Source: Choristocarpus tenellus KU-1152
Taxonomy: Eukaryota; Protista; Phaeophyceae
Direction: 5' to 3'
NCBI GenBank assembly: GCA_964200185.2
Contig: CAXNAD020000006.1
Coordinates: 1 to 59,947, forward strand
Length of the DNA stretch: 59,947 nt
Shown here: one piece after another, positions 12,559 to 24,100 of the stretch
Numbering within the stretch: the first letter of the stretch is position 1
How the letters are laid out: every line of letters begins with the position of its first letter
Position numbers and translations under genes: made by a program
The notes under the pieces: generated by a model
What the model saw: the letters and a program-made list of their open reading frames with translations, nothing else
Database searches by the model: none
Told to the model about the DNA's origin: nothing

Positions 12559-13440
12559 CCTCGATCATGGGCCGCTTATACCTCTCCTCATCCACCCTCC
12601 AGATCCCGATTTTCCCATTGAACCGTATCCCGTTGGAGAGTTCCTAGGGCGGGCCACAGCTGCAAGGAACATCACCTTCATAATGTAGCGCTTATTCTAT
12701 GCCCGTGTGGGTTAGGGGGGGTCCTCATTGGGGAACAGATATGCACACACCTTGTCCATCTCTGAGGATGTAAAACCACTTCAAGTCCACATGCACCCAG
12801 TTATATAGAACGTTGACCAATACCCCACTTCTCCCCCTCCAGTGCATGTGGCTGACGAATAAACCACCCTGATGACTTTCTGCTGGTCTGAGAGGGCTGT
12901 CTTAATCCACAACTTGACCTTGTTGACCTTCTCACGCTTGCACATATCCCACAGTAAGGCAAGGGAGATCCCAACTTTGACCTCCCATGTGTGGAAGGAT
13001 ATGCAGTGTACTGCTAATGGGACAGCCCAAAGCATCGAGGATACTTGTATGGTGGCCACATCACCCCTCGTACAAGGTCTATGCTTTCACCCTGCTTAAT
13101 CTCACTGCCATACTCTTTCAGTTGAAGGAACACAGTAATTGGGAAATTCCGAACTCCTCTGTGATGACCACCGCTGTCACCTGAGGCATCCATGTCTTGC
13201 ACCCTCTTGCCTCGAAGCATTATGCCACCAAACTGTTCTTCCTTGGGGTGTCTGAGTTCTGATGCCGGACAGACTTCTGGGTCGAAGAATTGGGACCAAC
13301 AGGCTACAATGGGATGAGTGAGCCGCTTGAACAATGGGGGGCCTTCGTCCTAGTCATCCCAATATCCGCCTGCTTTGACAGTTTCATGAAGTTCTCGAAC
13401 CCCATAAATGTGACTTGGTCGACTTTGCACTGGTGATCCT
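12559..13440 (-). pseudogene. Mariner transposase, N-terminal and first catalytic part (degenerate)
   Basis: IKTALSDQQK, VHVDLKWFY, KRYIMKVMFLAAVARP, FNGKIGIW; stops and frameshifts. Confidence 0.82.
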
Positions 13441-14726
13441 CCACAGTCATAAAGCCCACCATCTCAAACTTTGCCATCTTTCAAAAGTAATGCTACATTT
13501 AATTCCGAACGGAGGAAGTAAAATTCTCATCCCACAAAGTGTTGAATTGAGAATTTGTACTTTTACTGATACCATATTACTTTGCACAGTCTGAATATCA
13601 TGCATTGGTGTAACAGTATAATCTATCATTGAAGCAAAGATATTATTGGATGTATGTCTGGTACAGATCCTTGCCAATATTTTTTATGACTCATTTGGCT
13701 TGGACTAGATCTTGTGTGATCCACATATCACAATCCTTTACATAGGTTGACCATCTAGTTTTGACAAATCGTTTGTATCTCATATTGTCATAGATGGGTA
13801 TAGTCTACACTTGTGAAGAGATGAGATATCTGGTAACAGATCTCAGTTAACCTGTTCACAACCCACTCTGACTTGATATCTTGTGTTTTCCAGGTTTATT
13901 AATTCTGCAAATGGACTGACTATACATATATGTTGGTCAACATTTGGATACGTTAACAATGCAAATTTTTTTATTTCTCAACTCTCCTCATTTGGAGGAG
14001 TGGACTGTATCACCGGGAAGCTCATATTCAGACTGTCTGCATTGCTGATTCCTAGACCTTGACTATGAGGTTGATGCAATACTGACCACATCCCATCAAC
14101 CTCACTTGTATTTAGGCTGACTGCTATGCTGATCCTATACACTCAGACCATACCATGTATGCTTGATTGGTATTCTGACCAAATACCGTCAGCCTTTAGC
14201 TAGTGATATCCAAATCAAATGTTCATTAATACCTTATTTATATATCACACTTCATTTTGTATCACTGAAGTTCTGTAAAATATTGGAACGATGGTATACT
14301 AATAGTCATACCCGTTTCCCATTTTGCTCCCGACCTCACTTTTTAGTTGACCTTGAATCATGTTTACCTATATCTTCGAGGCGATCAGAAGAGGGGGCAA
14401 TGTCAAAAGCAGGGTTGTCCGTCATCATACTGCTACTGCCGTATGCCAGATACCGTTATAGGGATTGAGGTTCCTCGTCCTCTCAGTTACAGCTTGTCCT
14501 GGTCTGTCTGGTTCGTCTTGCCTGATATTTCTCTCCACTACCCTTGCCCAAGTGAACCACGCCGCCCCAGAGATTAACATTTCTCACTGATACTCCTCTA
14601 TTCCTCAATTTATTTATTGTTGTATCGATTATACTGTCGAGGTTCACAACAGTACCTTAGATGTTTTCACAACTCCAATTAATCGAAACGTTGCATACAT
14701 CTCAGATCATCAGTATACTGTGCCAT

Positions 14727-15378
14727 GAGTCGAAGTATCTTAGAGGGCAGAGCCACGTCCATTCGGGGGCCAAAATCCAATATTTCAATTTTGATGTAAT
14801 TTTAGCTATTGTGTTAGTTAGGAGATGTCAATGTCCTTGTTCCGGATGTTAGAACGTTACCTGACTACCTGCTCGGTAGACACAGGGGTTTACTAGTGTT
14901 AACAAACGCTACTCTCGTGGGATTGAATCTCGCCATGGTTACACATCTGTCAAAAGGCTGAACAAGCCGCCAGGATACACAACCTCACATTAGTAACTGC
15001 CCCGCCGAAGTTGGTCACTGATTACAGTGATAGCAACCCTCGGACGAAACTTCATCAAGTCTAACAGCTTGCGATCCCCGGGATTTGCTTTTTTTAGATC
15101 ACTAGTAAAAACGCTACTGTCATGGGATCGAATCCCGGCACGGTTACATGGTTACACATCCCCCTGGGTCTACCGAGGAGGTAGTCAGCAGACTATCTGC
15201 TAGGTAGACACAGGGGTTTAGTAATGTTCTAACACCGGACACACCTTTTCATAACGTATACATTCTACCTACTCTGAAACATTTGGGAGTAGGCAAAATG
15301 TCATAAAATACCCGTGAGAAGCCAAGCCCAAAAAGGACTAACAGGGCAAAACTCGTGCCCACTAAGATACTTTCACTC
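14727..15378. mobile_element. MITE (second copy, ~260 bp without insert), 3-bp TSD CAT, split by a 388-bp insertion
   Basis: cat|GAGTCGAAGTATCTTAGAGGGCA ... TGCCCACTAAGATACTTTCACTC|cat; colinear with 6178-6435 once 14847-15239 is removed. Confidence 0.88.
14847..15234. mobile_element. Solo-LTR-like element (TG..CA, 5-bp TSD CCGGA)
   Basis: TGTTAGAACGTTAC / GTAATGTTCTAACA termini (13/14 inverted match); CCGGA at 14842-14846 and 15235-15239; the empty site is visible in the other MITE copies (..CTTGTTCTGGACAC..). Confidence 0.85.
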
Positions 15379-15379
15379 C

Positions 15380-16090
15380 ATACCAACCGTATTGACCCAG
15401 AGAGTAGCTCAAAAGAAAATCGTTGACAGTGCCGCAGTGGTTGCTTATCACCAGTCGAAAAGATCACCATGGTGTTCCTTGACAACAACAAAAGAGCAAT
15501 CAATAGTAGGAAACATTGCCGTAGTGTCGTAGTGTGATATGCTCGCTTTCCTATCACCAAGCAAGACTTCTCTCTACGGACTACTCGAAAATGGCTACCT
15601 CTCCAAACAGGAATATGTCGAGCTGACGTCATACCTCAGGTCCGTCTTATCCACCCGAAATTTCCGCTTCGTCTATCCAGCCCGTCTTGCATGGCGTGAC
15701 CGCCCAAGAGTCATGCCTTCCAGATCCCTTGCATACATCTCGATAAAATGTGCCCCACCTGCAACCATAGAGGCCACATCGTCGGTCTCCACACGCTTTC
15801 TCACTCCTCCGAATCCTGTCGCTCTACCACACTACGGCACTAAAAGCCCTAGACAGTATAACAACAGTTCTGTAGTACTGACAATAGTATGTCCAAAGTT
15901 AATATTTTTTTGGTTAGAAGGATGAAACGTGCGAAACGTTCAGCAAGGGGATCGTTTCCTGACTCTCGAAAAATGTGTGGCACAAGTAGCGATAATATGC
16001 CGACAACGTTGTGTAAATGATGGAAGCTTCTTCCGTTCAGACTCGATCCTGTGACATACATGCCGCTGGCTGCTCTAAGATTGGTGATAC
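15380..16090 (+). promoter_or_regulatory. CpG-retaining region upstream of the giant gene (putative promoter/5' UTR)
   Basis: Visibly CpG-rich compared with CpG-poor, TpG/CpA-rich flanks; directly precedes ATG 16091. Confidence 0.4.
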
Positions 16091-18172
16091 ATGACCCCAT
16101 ACTTTGCACCCACCGACCCAGTGTTAAGAGGTCCAGGACCTACCTCGGCCACACTGCAGCAGATGCGTATCAAAAAGCGACGTCTAGGGACCAACCAGAC
16201 GTCCTACCCTGGGGCTGGGACAAAGGCTGACTTGCCAGCGATGGCATGGGAATCTAGCACTGGGAAGCGCAGCTTTCGGGGGGCATCAGAGGACTTGGAG
16301 AAGTCAGAAAACCCTCAAAGCAAGTGGGAAGTAGAGGGTTCAGAGGACGTCCAAAGTTCAAGCATTAGTCCAGCGCCTTTACCTGAAACACTGCTCTTCC
16401 AACCTTACAGTTCAGATCCACTCCCAACCGTCGACCTCACAAAATGGCAGAATCGCCTTGGGGTTTCGACAGCCCATGATATACTTCAGCGGAACGCTAG
16501 GTTCAGTGGGTTAATTCTTCGTGAGATACGGAAAGATGCCCCACAAGTTTGCAAGTTTATAAAGTTGCACTTCGGAAATATCGTTGTTGAGTTGGACGTT
16601 TCCCTTTCCAAAATGATCGATGACAATTGCCTCTCAATTTTGTCGACTTGTGAAACTATGAGGCGGCTCAATGTGTCGGGGTGCCCAAACGTGACAGACG
16701 CAGGAGTGAAGAGTGTGGCACGTAAGAAGGCTACAGCTCTTCAAGGACTAGATGTATCTAATTGCCAACGAGTGACGGATGATAGTGTGGAAGTACTAGC
16801 CAGGTGCTGTCCTAGCTTATGTTCCCTTATCCTCTCGGGCTGTCCAAAGGTGAGGGACCGATCCCTCTTTGCAATGAGTGCCTTGCATGGACTACAAAAC
16901 ATTGGATTGGCTGGCTGCAATGAGATCACTGACAAGGCTGCCCGTCAGCTCCTGACAAACCTCACACAGCTCAAGTCTCTCAATATTAATGGGTGCACAA
17001 GCCTCACCAATGAGGGGTTGCACTACATGTACAGGACAGATGTGCCGTGGGGAGTGAAGCGCCACCAGGGCTGTGCACAGCTCACAGTTCTACAAATATC
17101 AGATAATGGACATGTATCTGATGAGCTCGTGGCTGTGCTTACGTCAGTCTGTCCACTCATCTCCTGCCTAGAGCTGGTGAACTGCCCCCTCTTGGGTGGG
17201 GAGGGGGCAATGGGAAAGATGGGTGGTCTCACGCATCTCACATGCCTAGTGCTGAAGGGACTACGGCGAGTGAACGATTATGGAGTAGAAGAGTTCTTTG
17301 CTAGTTGCCCACGAAGATCCCTCACTTACCTCGACCTTCAGAGATGCACCAGGGTGGCTGATGGGGCGCTGAAGTTTATTGCAAAATATGCAAGAAATCT
17401 TCGGGAGTTGCGACTGGATTGTTGCATTAGCGTGACAGATCGGGGCCTCGCATCCCTGTCCAAGGGCTGCACTCTGCTGCACACACTGCAGGCAACACAT
17501 TTGGGGATGATCACCGATATTGGAGTACAGTTGATTTCTCGTAAATGTACGAGTATTACTGACCTTGATATTAGTTACTGCATTCGACTCAGTGGTGGTA
17601 TCATTTCAGTCCTTTGTAAGTTGCACACCCTTGAGAACCTTGGGGTGTGTGGCTGCCCCGGTATTGATAATGCATCACTGACAGATATGAAGCTCAGTCA
17701 ACTTAAGTGCCTTCGCATTGCTGACAACCCACAACTTTGTGATCCTGGCATTAGGGACGCTGTTGCTCGAAACATTTTACTGGTTTCACTTGATTTATCC
17801 AACTGCACAGGCACAACTTCAGCCGGCTTAGCTGACATACTCAAGTCCCTCCCAGAAATCACTCATGTAGACCTTACCGGTTGTACCTCAGTGGGACCTT
17901 CAGAACTACTGGCATTGGCTCATACTTTTCCAATCTCTAGCCTCTGCCTGACGCCAGCTTGCCTCGATGTAGATGGCTTTCACGGCCTACACTGTGCAGG
18001 TGATAATAGAGATGAACGGCATCAACAGGGAATCCTAAAGCAGAGCATACGAGAGAAGAGGGCAGCGATAATGGTGCAGCAGGTATATCGAAGGTATCAG
18101 TGTGAGAATGAAAACATGGAAAAGGAATACAAATTACATATGGAATTGATGCGAGCAGCTATGACAATCCAG
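16091..18172 (+). CDS. Exon 1: cysteine-containing (FBXL/AMN1-type) LRR array plus IQ motif
   Basis: 694 open codons; many LxxLxLxxCxx(V/I)TD repeats; [12 protein letters not shown]; donor CAG|GTGTGA. No F-box motif recognised. Confidence 0.93.
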
Positions 18173-21100
18173 GTGTGAAAAATTTCTATCGGGCTCTTGG
18201 AGAAATTGATTGTATTTGAAGTGCTCGGTATATATCTCAATTCTTCTGTGTGCCATACTTTCAAGCATTGCCTGATTGGTTTACCAACAGTATCTGGACA
18301 GAGTTTTTCTTGGTTTATTTTCACTGCTTTCAACTTGAATGTTTGATGATTCATCTACACACACACAGAATGCTCTGTCCTAGATACCAAGTGAAAAGGT
18401 GGATAGGTAAATAAGATGTGAAATACCCCAACATGGGAATATGTAAGTAAATTTACTCACACATATATGACAGTCCGAGTGAATCCTTGTGGACAATCTT
18501 CCCTCATAGCAATCAGTTTCATACCCCTGCTAATGTATCTCCTATACCAACTTCCACCACCTGGCTCAGTCAACATGTCCTCTTCTCTCATTCAAGCAGC
18601 AACATATTGGTTTATTGATGGAAATTCTATGGTCTATTTGTAAGCTTTGCTGGCTTAGTTTAATAATATTGCTGTGAGCATGTTGTGGTACGCTAAGTCG
18701 CACTGCTTGAATAGTTGATGTAGTGCTTTGTAGCTAGAACCATCATCAGTTGCTGCATGCTTGGAGTATAATTAAAAAAACTTTGTTTTGGTGCCCTATT
18801 CAATAAAAAAAATCCAAGATTAAAAAAAATGATCCTCTTTCAATTCTGCTGATATGACCATCTGCACCAGGCACAGGTGTAAAAATAGACCCCTTTCTCA
18901 CACCATGGTGATATAACATTGTGAAATATGTCATCTACTTAGGGACTTGTGATGAGGTGTGTTGCCTCCCGGAGGCTTCACTATCTAGAAATGCGTAGAC
19001 CACGCCTCCTGCTGAGCCTCAGCAAATGGCGCAAAAGGACGATTGAGGCCAATATCTGGGACAAGGCCTGTCGGCATAGTGACCGCACTACGGCAGTCTG
19101 TGCTATTCGTGACTGGAGGTTGAACACAGCTAAAGAAATGATAGAATCAAGTGAGCTTGGTGAAAAAGCTGTGGTGTTCTTCGAGCACCACCTGGTTTCT
19201 TCATGCCTCAGAGCTTGGAAGAGATACTTGGAACCCACGAAAATGATAGAAGCAACAGGGCAGGCCAAGGCAGAAGCCTGGCGGAGGGAGCATTTGAGGG
19301 CTTCACTATTTCATCTCTGGAAAGGCAATACAAAGGAAACAAAGCAACGGCGAGAAGCTTCCATACGTGCCGTGGTATTTCAACTCCCACTTCATTATGA
19401 GAATTCAATGCGACAGCAAGTAGCATCAAGGCGGGCAATCAGATACCATGCAAGACACGTCAAGGCACATGCTTGGGAGGCATTTTTAAGTCTTAATATA
19501 GAGCTGGCAGACCTGCACAAGCGCATGAAGGTTGGTCTGACTAATTGAATTGACCTTTTGAACAACAGTGCAATTCACCTCCTCAGGAATGCCTAGATCG
19601 CAAACTAAGGAAACACCCTTTTTAATCTTTTGTGGATCACCAATAATGGAGAACATTTCTGCAGTAGTCTAATACAAGTGGTTTAATGTATATTGACTTT
19701 CTCACCACAGAAAAGAGGGGCACCTTTTGGAAAATGAGGTGGGTAGGAGATGTGAGTTGGGAAAGGGGAGTGATGGTACTAGCCACCCAGGCCTGCTGGC
19801 CTTAAACTGGTCGAAATAAATGACCAGGTTTAGTACCAATTACTATTGTCCATAAATTCAACCAACACCTTGAAACTAAAACTACACCCAAACCACATTC
19901 AATTCCATAATAAAGCATACATGATTCAGTATGTGGAGAGCAAAAGCAGGAATTAATCCAAGACAGTTGATAAAGAACAGAAGCTTATGAAGACACTCAC
20001 AAATCCTCAGCATTATAACTCTGGCTTCAGATGTCACCTTTGCCGGTGATTTCATCCTTCAAACTCAAGTTCCTCAATAAACCCCCATGATTCTCTGTCA
20101 GCAATACAAGGTGTGGCATCGACCTCGCTTACTTCAGCGGACCCTTTGCCAGTTGAAAGATGCTACAGTTACCAGCAAGTGGTGTAGGGATGCCAAATGT
20201 AGAGCAGATGTGTTTGCAAGGTCAGGCAAAAAGCGTCGAGTCATCCAGAAGCTTCATGGATTGGCTACAAGTAGAGTGACTCAGCGCACTTCAATGGCCA
20301 TGGCACTAGCATTTGCAAAAGGGAGACCTCTAAGTTGTGGCTTGAGTTGCCTTCGCAATCATCCAGGAGAGAAAAGGGTAAGCATTCTATTAATACTAGA
20401 AATTTACTCTGAAATGTACGATTTATTCCAAAGTAGAATACCAACCCTTCCAAGTTTTGATGATTTGTTCAGTCATTGTGAGGAACTGCTTTACATGCTT
20501 TAAAGCATTCCAGAGCATGAAAAAACAAACGAGCATTAATAGTTGTGATCCAAACTAAAAGAAAAAGCTATGATACCATGATGGGTAAAATTTCTGATTC
20601 AGGTAGTGGGTTGGATTGAGAATAGTTAAACAGAAAAAAGGCTAAAATAATGAGAACAGATAGATTGCTTCAATTCAAAGTCACATTATTGTTCATTTCT
20701 TGGGAGGAAGTCCCTCTCTGTGTTTTTGGCAACACTGCCAGTAGGTCAGTAGCTAGAGAGGGTGGTGTGCGCTTGAAGTCAGAGAAAATAAACCTATGAG
20801 AACAGAAATTGCGAGGTGGAGATGAGGTTTGTTTTCTGCCTCTACTGTAGGATGTGCCCATGTCTACCAAGAACTTTGCAAAATTTATGATCCACATGCT
20901 GTGGTACTACTATTTTCAGATATTCAACTACTGTGAACTTTGAGATGTTAGTTTGTGAATGTGTGGAGCTCTATACAATGAATCCCACTATCCATGCACA
21001 AGCATTTCCTCCTCAAGCAAGTCAGGAAACATGCCTACTACTATCAATTTGGACACAGTTGACTACACAATAGGATTGATCATGATAGACATGACAAATA

Positions 21101-24100
21101 ACTTGCAGCAGTCTTGAACGGGGAATGTCGTTTGAGCAGGACTAGACACACAATTTTGAGTCTAATTGCTCTTGCTCTCCTTCCTTTTAGTACCTAGCTA
21201 AATGTATCTTTATTCTGAGGTTTTGTAGGAATCCTGAAACCCAAACTACACATTCTGATACATGCTACATAGCAGAGCTGTTCTTGGCAAGGACTTGAGC
21301 CCGTGTGCTTCATTGAAAGCACACTGTCTAAAAAAACAACAATCTTGGTTGTCTCACAACTATTGGAAGCCTTTTTTGTACATTAGTTGTTGAGGACAAG
21401 CTGCTTGAAACCCCTTCACGCCTTCTGCTTCACTCACAAAATCACCCATCTACAAAACACAGTTTCCTTAGTGTCAAATATTTCCAACCCCTAATGTGAG
21501 CCACTGTTAACAGCATGTACTCTGGTCATTCCTACTTCAGGTTATCAAGAGGATGCTACAGATTTGGATGGGAGAAGGTGTGAGATGGAGGATCCATAGG
21601 CTCAAGGCAAAAGGAATTGATGCAATGGAATTCTACATGAGGGAAAAGATCAGAGTGGGTTAGACTATTACACTGTGCTATGCAATTTACTCATGATATG
21701 TGCTCCGGTGGGGTAGACATCACTTCATCACTTGATCATTTCTACTGGGGTTACTTTAAACAGTAATACAGTAGAGAGTACTGCAAATTCTAGTGCTCTC
21801 TTGCAACCTTGAGTTAACAACCAGAGCTACCCTAAAAAGAACAGTTGGGTAGGACAATGCCAACCTAATTCTACATAAAGGGGAACAATTGAAGGGAGAC
21901 TCTGATTTGGAGCATTGAATATTGATTTCCCCTCTCAAGATGTATAGGATATTTGACTCTTAACTCCATACCTGTTTTTTTTTTATGTCAGAACAAACAC
22001 CAGCCATTTTCATCTCAACCCTTCACCAGGCTCCCTAGCCCAAGTACAGCACGAGAATCCCTAACTAATCTTTTGAAGTATCTCTTGTGCATCGACCCCC
22101 CAAAGGGTCCTCCTACCAAAGGGTCATCCTAGCCAGTACATCCCCATTCTGTTGTATTTATTCTGAGTACAGCGATGCAACGAGAGGATCTTGTTCATGC
22201 TCACCATTTAAGCAGAGTCTCTCAACTACTTAGCCTTCACCTCCTAACCCATTGCCAGGTCAAAGATATGAGTGCCAAGGCGATTATTATGTCCCTTCAT
22301 CACAGAAATGCTGCATGTTTCATGGCTTGGAAGCTACACCATTGCACGATAAAAAGTGCGATTGCTGCGTGTTATCAGAGAAGGCATAGGCATTTGCTTA
22401 GAAGGTCAGTTGTATGATTAAACATACTGACCCCAGATTGCACCAAGTGTCCTTTAAACTCCTGCTGCAAATTGAAGGTTGAGTAGTTTACCCACCTAAT
22501 AGGCAGGCACACAGAACTCTTGTCTCCTTTATTCATGGAATCCAACACACAAGTCAGTAAGTTGTTGAGTATGGTATACCATGGTTTGCATTTGATTATT
22601 CTGATAGGAGCAAATATGTATCGCAGCTTTGCAGTATTGGTCGATTATTCAATATCATTAGTGCCTTGTGTGAAACACTCTACTTTTTTTTCTACTTTCT
22701 TTGACCATTGGCTGGCTCAATAAAAGAAAATCAGAGTGGACATACCCCTTGGTGGGTTCAGAGAGAGCAACTTATGGAATGTGCACTATTTAATTTTTGG
22801 AAAACTTCTTGCTCTTGTCCCTTTACTCCTTGGACACAATTGCATACAATTTGTAAGAAACATACGAGCATAGCAATTCCTGATGAAAGTCTCCAGAAAC
22901 CATGTCCAGTAGTTCTACCATGACCTTGAGTTAAAACCCTCACATACCTGCTTATACAGAACATATTGCTTAGAGCCAGCTTATCCTTTGGTAGTTTGGT
23001 CCTTTCCCCACACCATTGTACTTTGTTGCCACTAGCCTTGATTTACATTGAAGTTCCTGCCATTGACTGAGCTAATGTTGTGGTCTATTTCCTTGATTTC
23101 ACTCCAGAACATTTCTTACGTGGACTGCATTCCATGGCAAGCTGGATCAAGGCACTGATGACCTCCAGAGTGACCTAGTCTCCATGAAAGAGGCAAGCTA
23201 TAGGCAACTTGAAGCCATGCAGCATATCTTCCATTCCTTGTTGTACCTACACCATATTGATAAGGCACCTAGTTGGCTAGCCACTCTTGTCCTAGATGCA
23301 CCACCCCCTCAAATCTCCCTTGTACATGTTCCCTTGATCTCACTGTCAGTCTTGTGTATTCCTGGTGTTGCCTTGTGTTCAGTAACATCCTGCACCCTCC
23401 CCATATGCTCTTTGCATAATTTGATCACTGGTACAATTCTGGTACAGACCAATGAGAGCCCAAGCATGGAGAGGGAGATGCAAGAGGGAAAAGTCGAGGA
23501 AGGACAGGACAAGATATACCTTCATGAGGAGGACCATTCAATCAAGGTATTGATAGCCACATTCTCCAGAGTAGTGTTGCTTTGCTCTATTGTAACCAAC
23601 CCGTACACTCTAAGTACTCAAGAGGAGTATTCCTATTGGTATTGAAATTCACTCTCAATAATTTTTTGCCCATCACATGAAAGTTACACACTGGAATATT
23701 CACTGTGCTGATCTTTTCATTGCCACGTTGAATTGTCACAAAATATTAACTAAATATAACGTCAAAGGCTTCTTGTTTGTTTTGTGATGTGTCCCTGGGG
23801 CTCTTGTTGAGAAGGTTGCAAGGTGGAGACAACTCTCACTATTGGTGGGGAGGGGGCAGCCATGTGGGGTTATGCTGTGGCAGTGGGGAAGAGGGTTGGT
23901 CAGGATCAAGGCTCAGGATGGGTGAAGAAAATTTCACACATAACAGCACACTTCTAAGTCTCCTCTTTCTGTTTTTATTGTTGAGGACTATGACATTGAA
24001 CAAAACAACTCCAGAGCATAGCATTCCTGTTTCATGACAAGGTGATTATTTTAGCTAAGGACCTGCTGCGCACCACTCTTGTCTTTGCTCATGGTAGGCT

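Larger units (their letters stand above)
8397..13518 (-). mobile_element. Tc1/mariner DNA transposon of the plant/oomycete mariner (Stowaway-TIR) type, interrupted by a Copia element
   Basis: TA flanks at 8395-96 and 13519-20. TIRs GTTCCTCTGTTCAAAATTA and (reverse complement) CTTCCTCCGTTCGGAATTA. Transposase motifs VHVDLKWFY, KVMFLAAVARP and FNGKIGIW (12560-12800), resuming after the insertion with DVIPRIK, QQD, NSPDFNVNDLGLF (9051-8549). Confidence 0.92.

Noticed and set aside
13521-14726. 3' LTR of the Gypsy element
   Set aside because: GGTTCACA at ~14641 resembles the candidate LTR end, but the upstream sequence does not align with 1599-1967.
14900-15150. tRNA gene
   Set aside because: Only B-box-like motifs; no cloverleaf or A box evident.
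14300-15850. Divergent minus-strand gene sharing the promoter
   Set aside because: CpG-rich patches and a donor-like GAG|GTATGA near 15635 exist, but I could not build an open, recognisable frame.
16091-18178. Stand-alone 695-aa F-box/LRR gene
   Set aside because: The ORF ends at a splice donor in the middle of an IQ motif that is completed by the next exon; no F-box seen.
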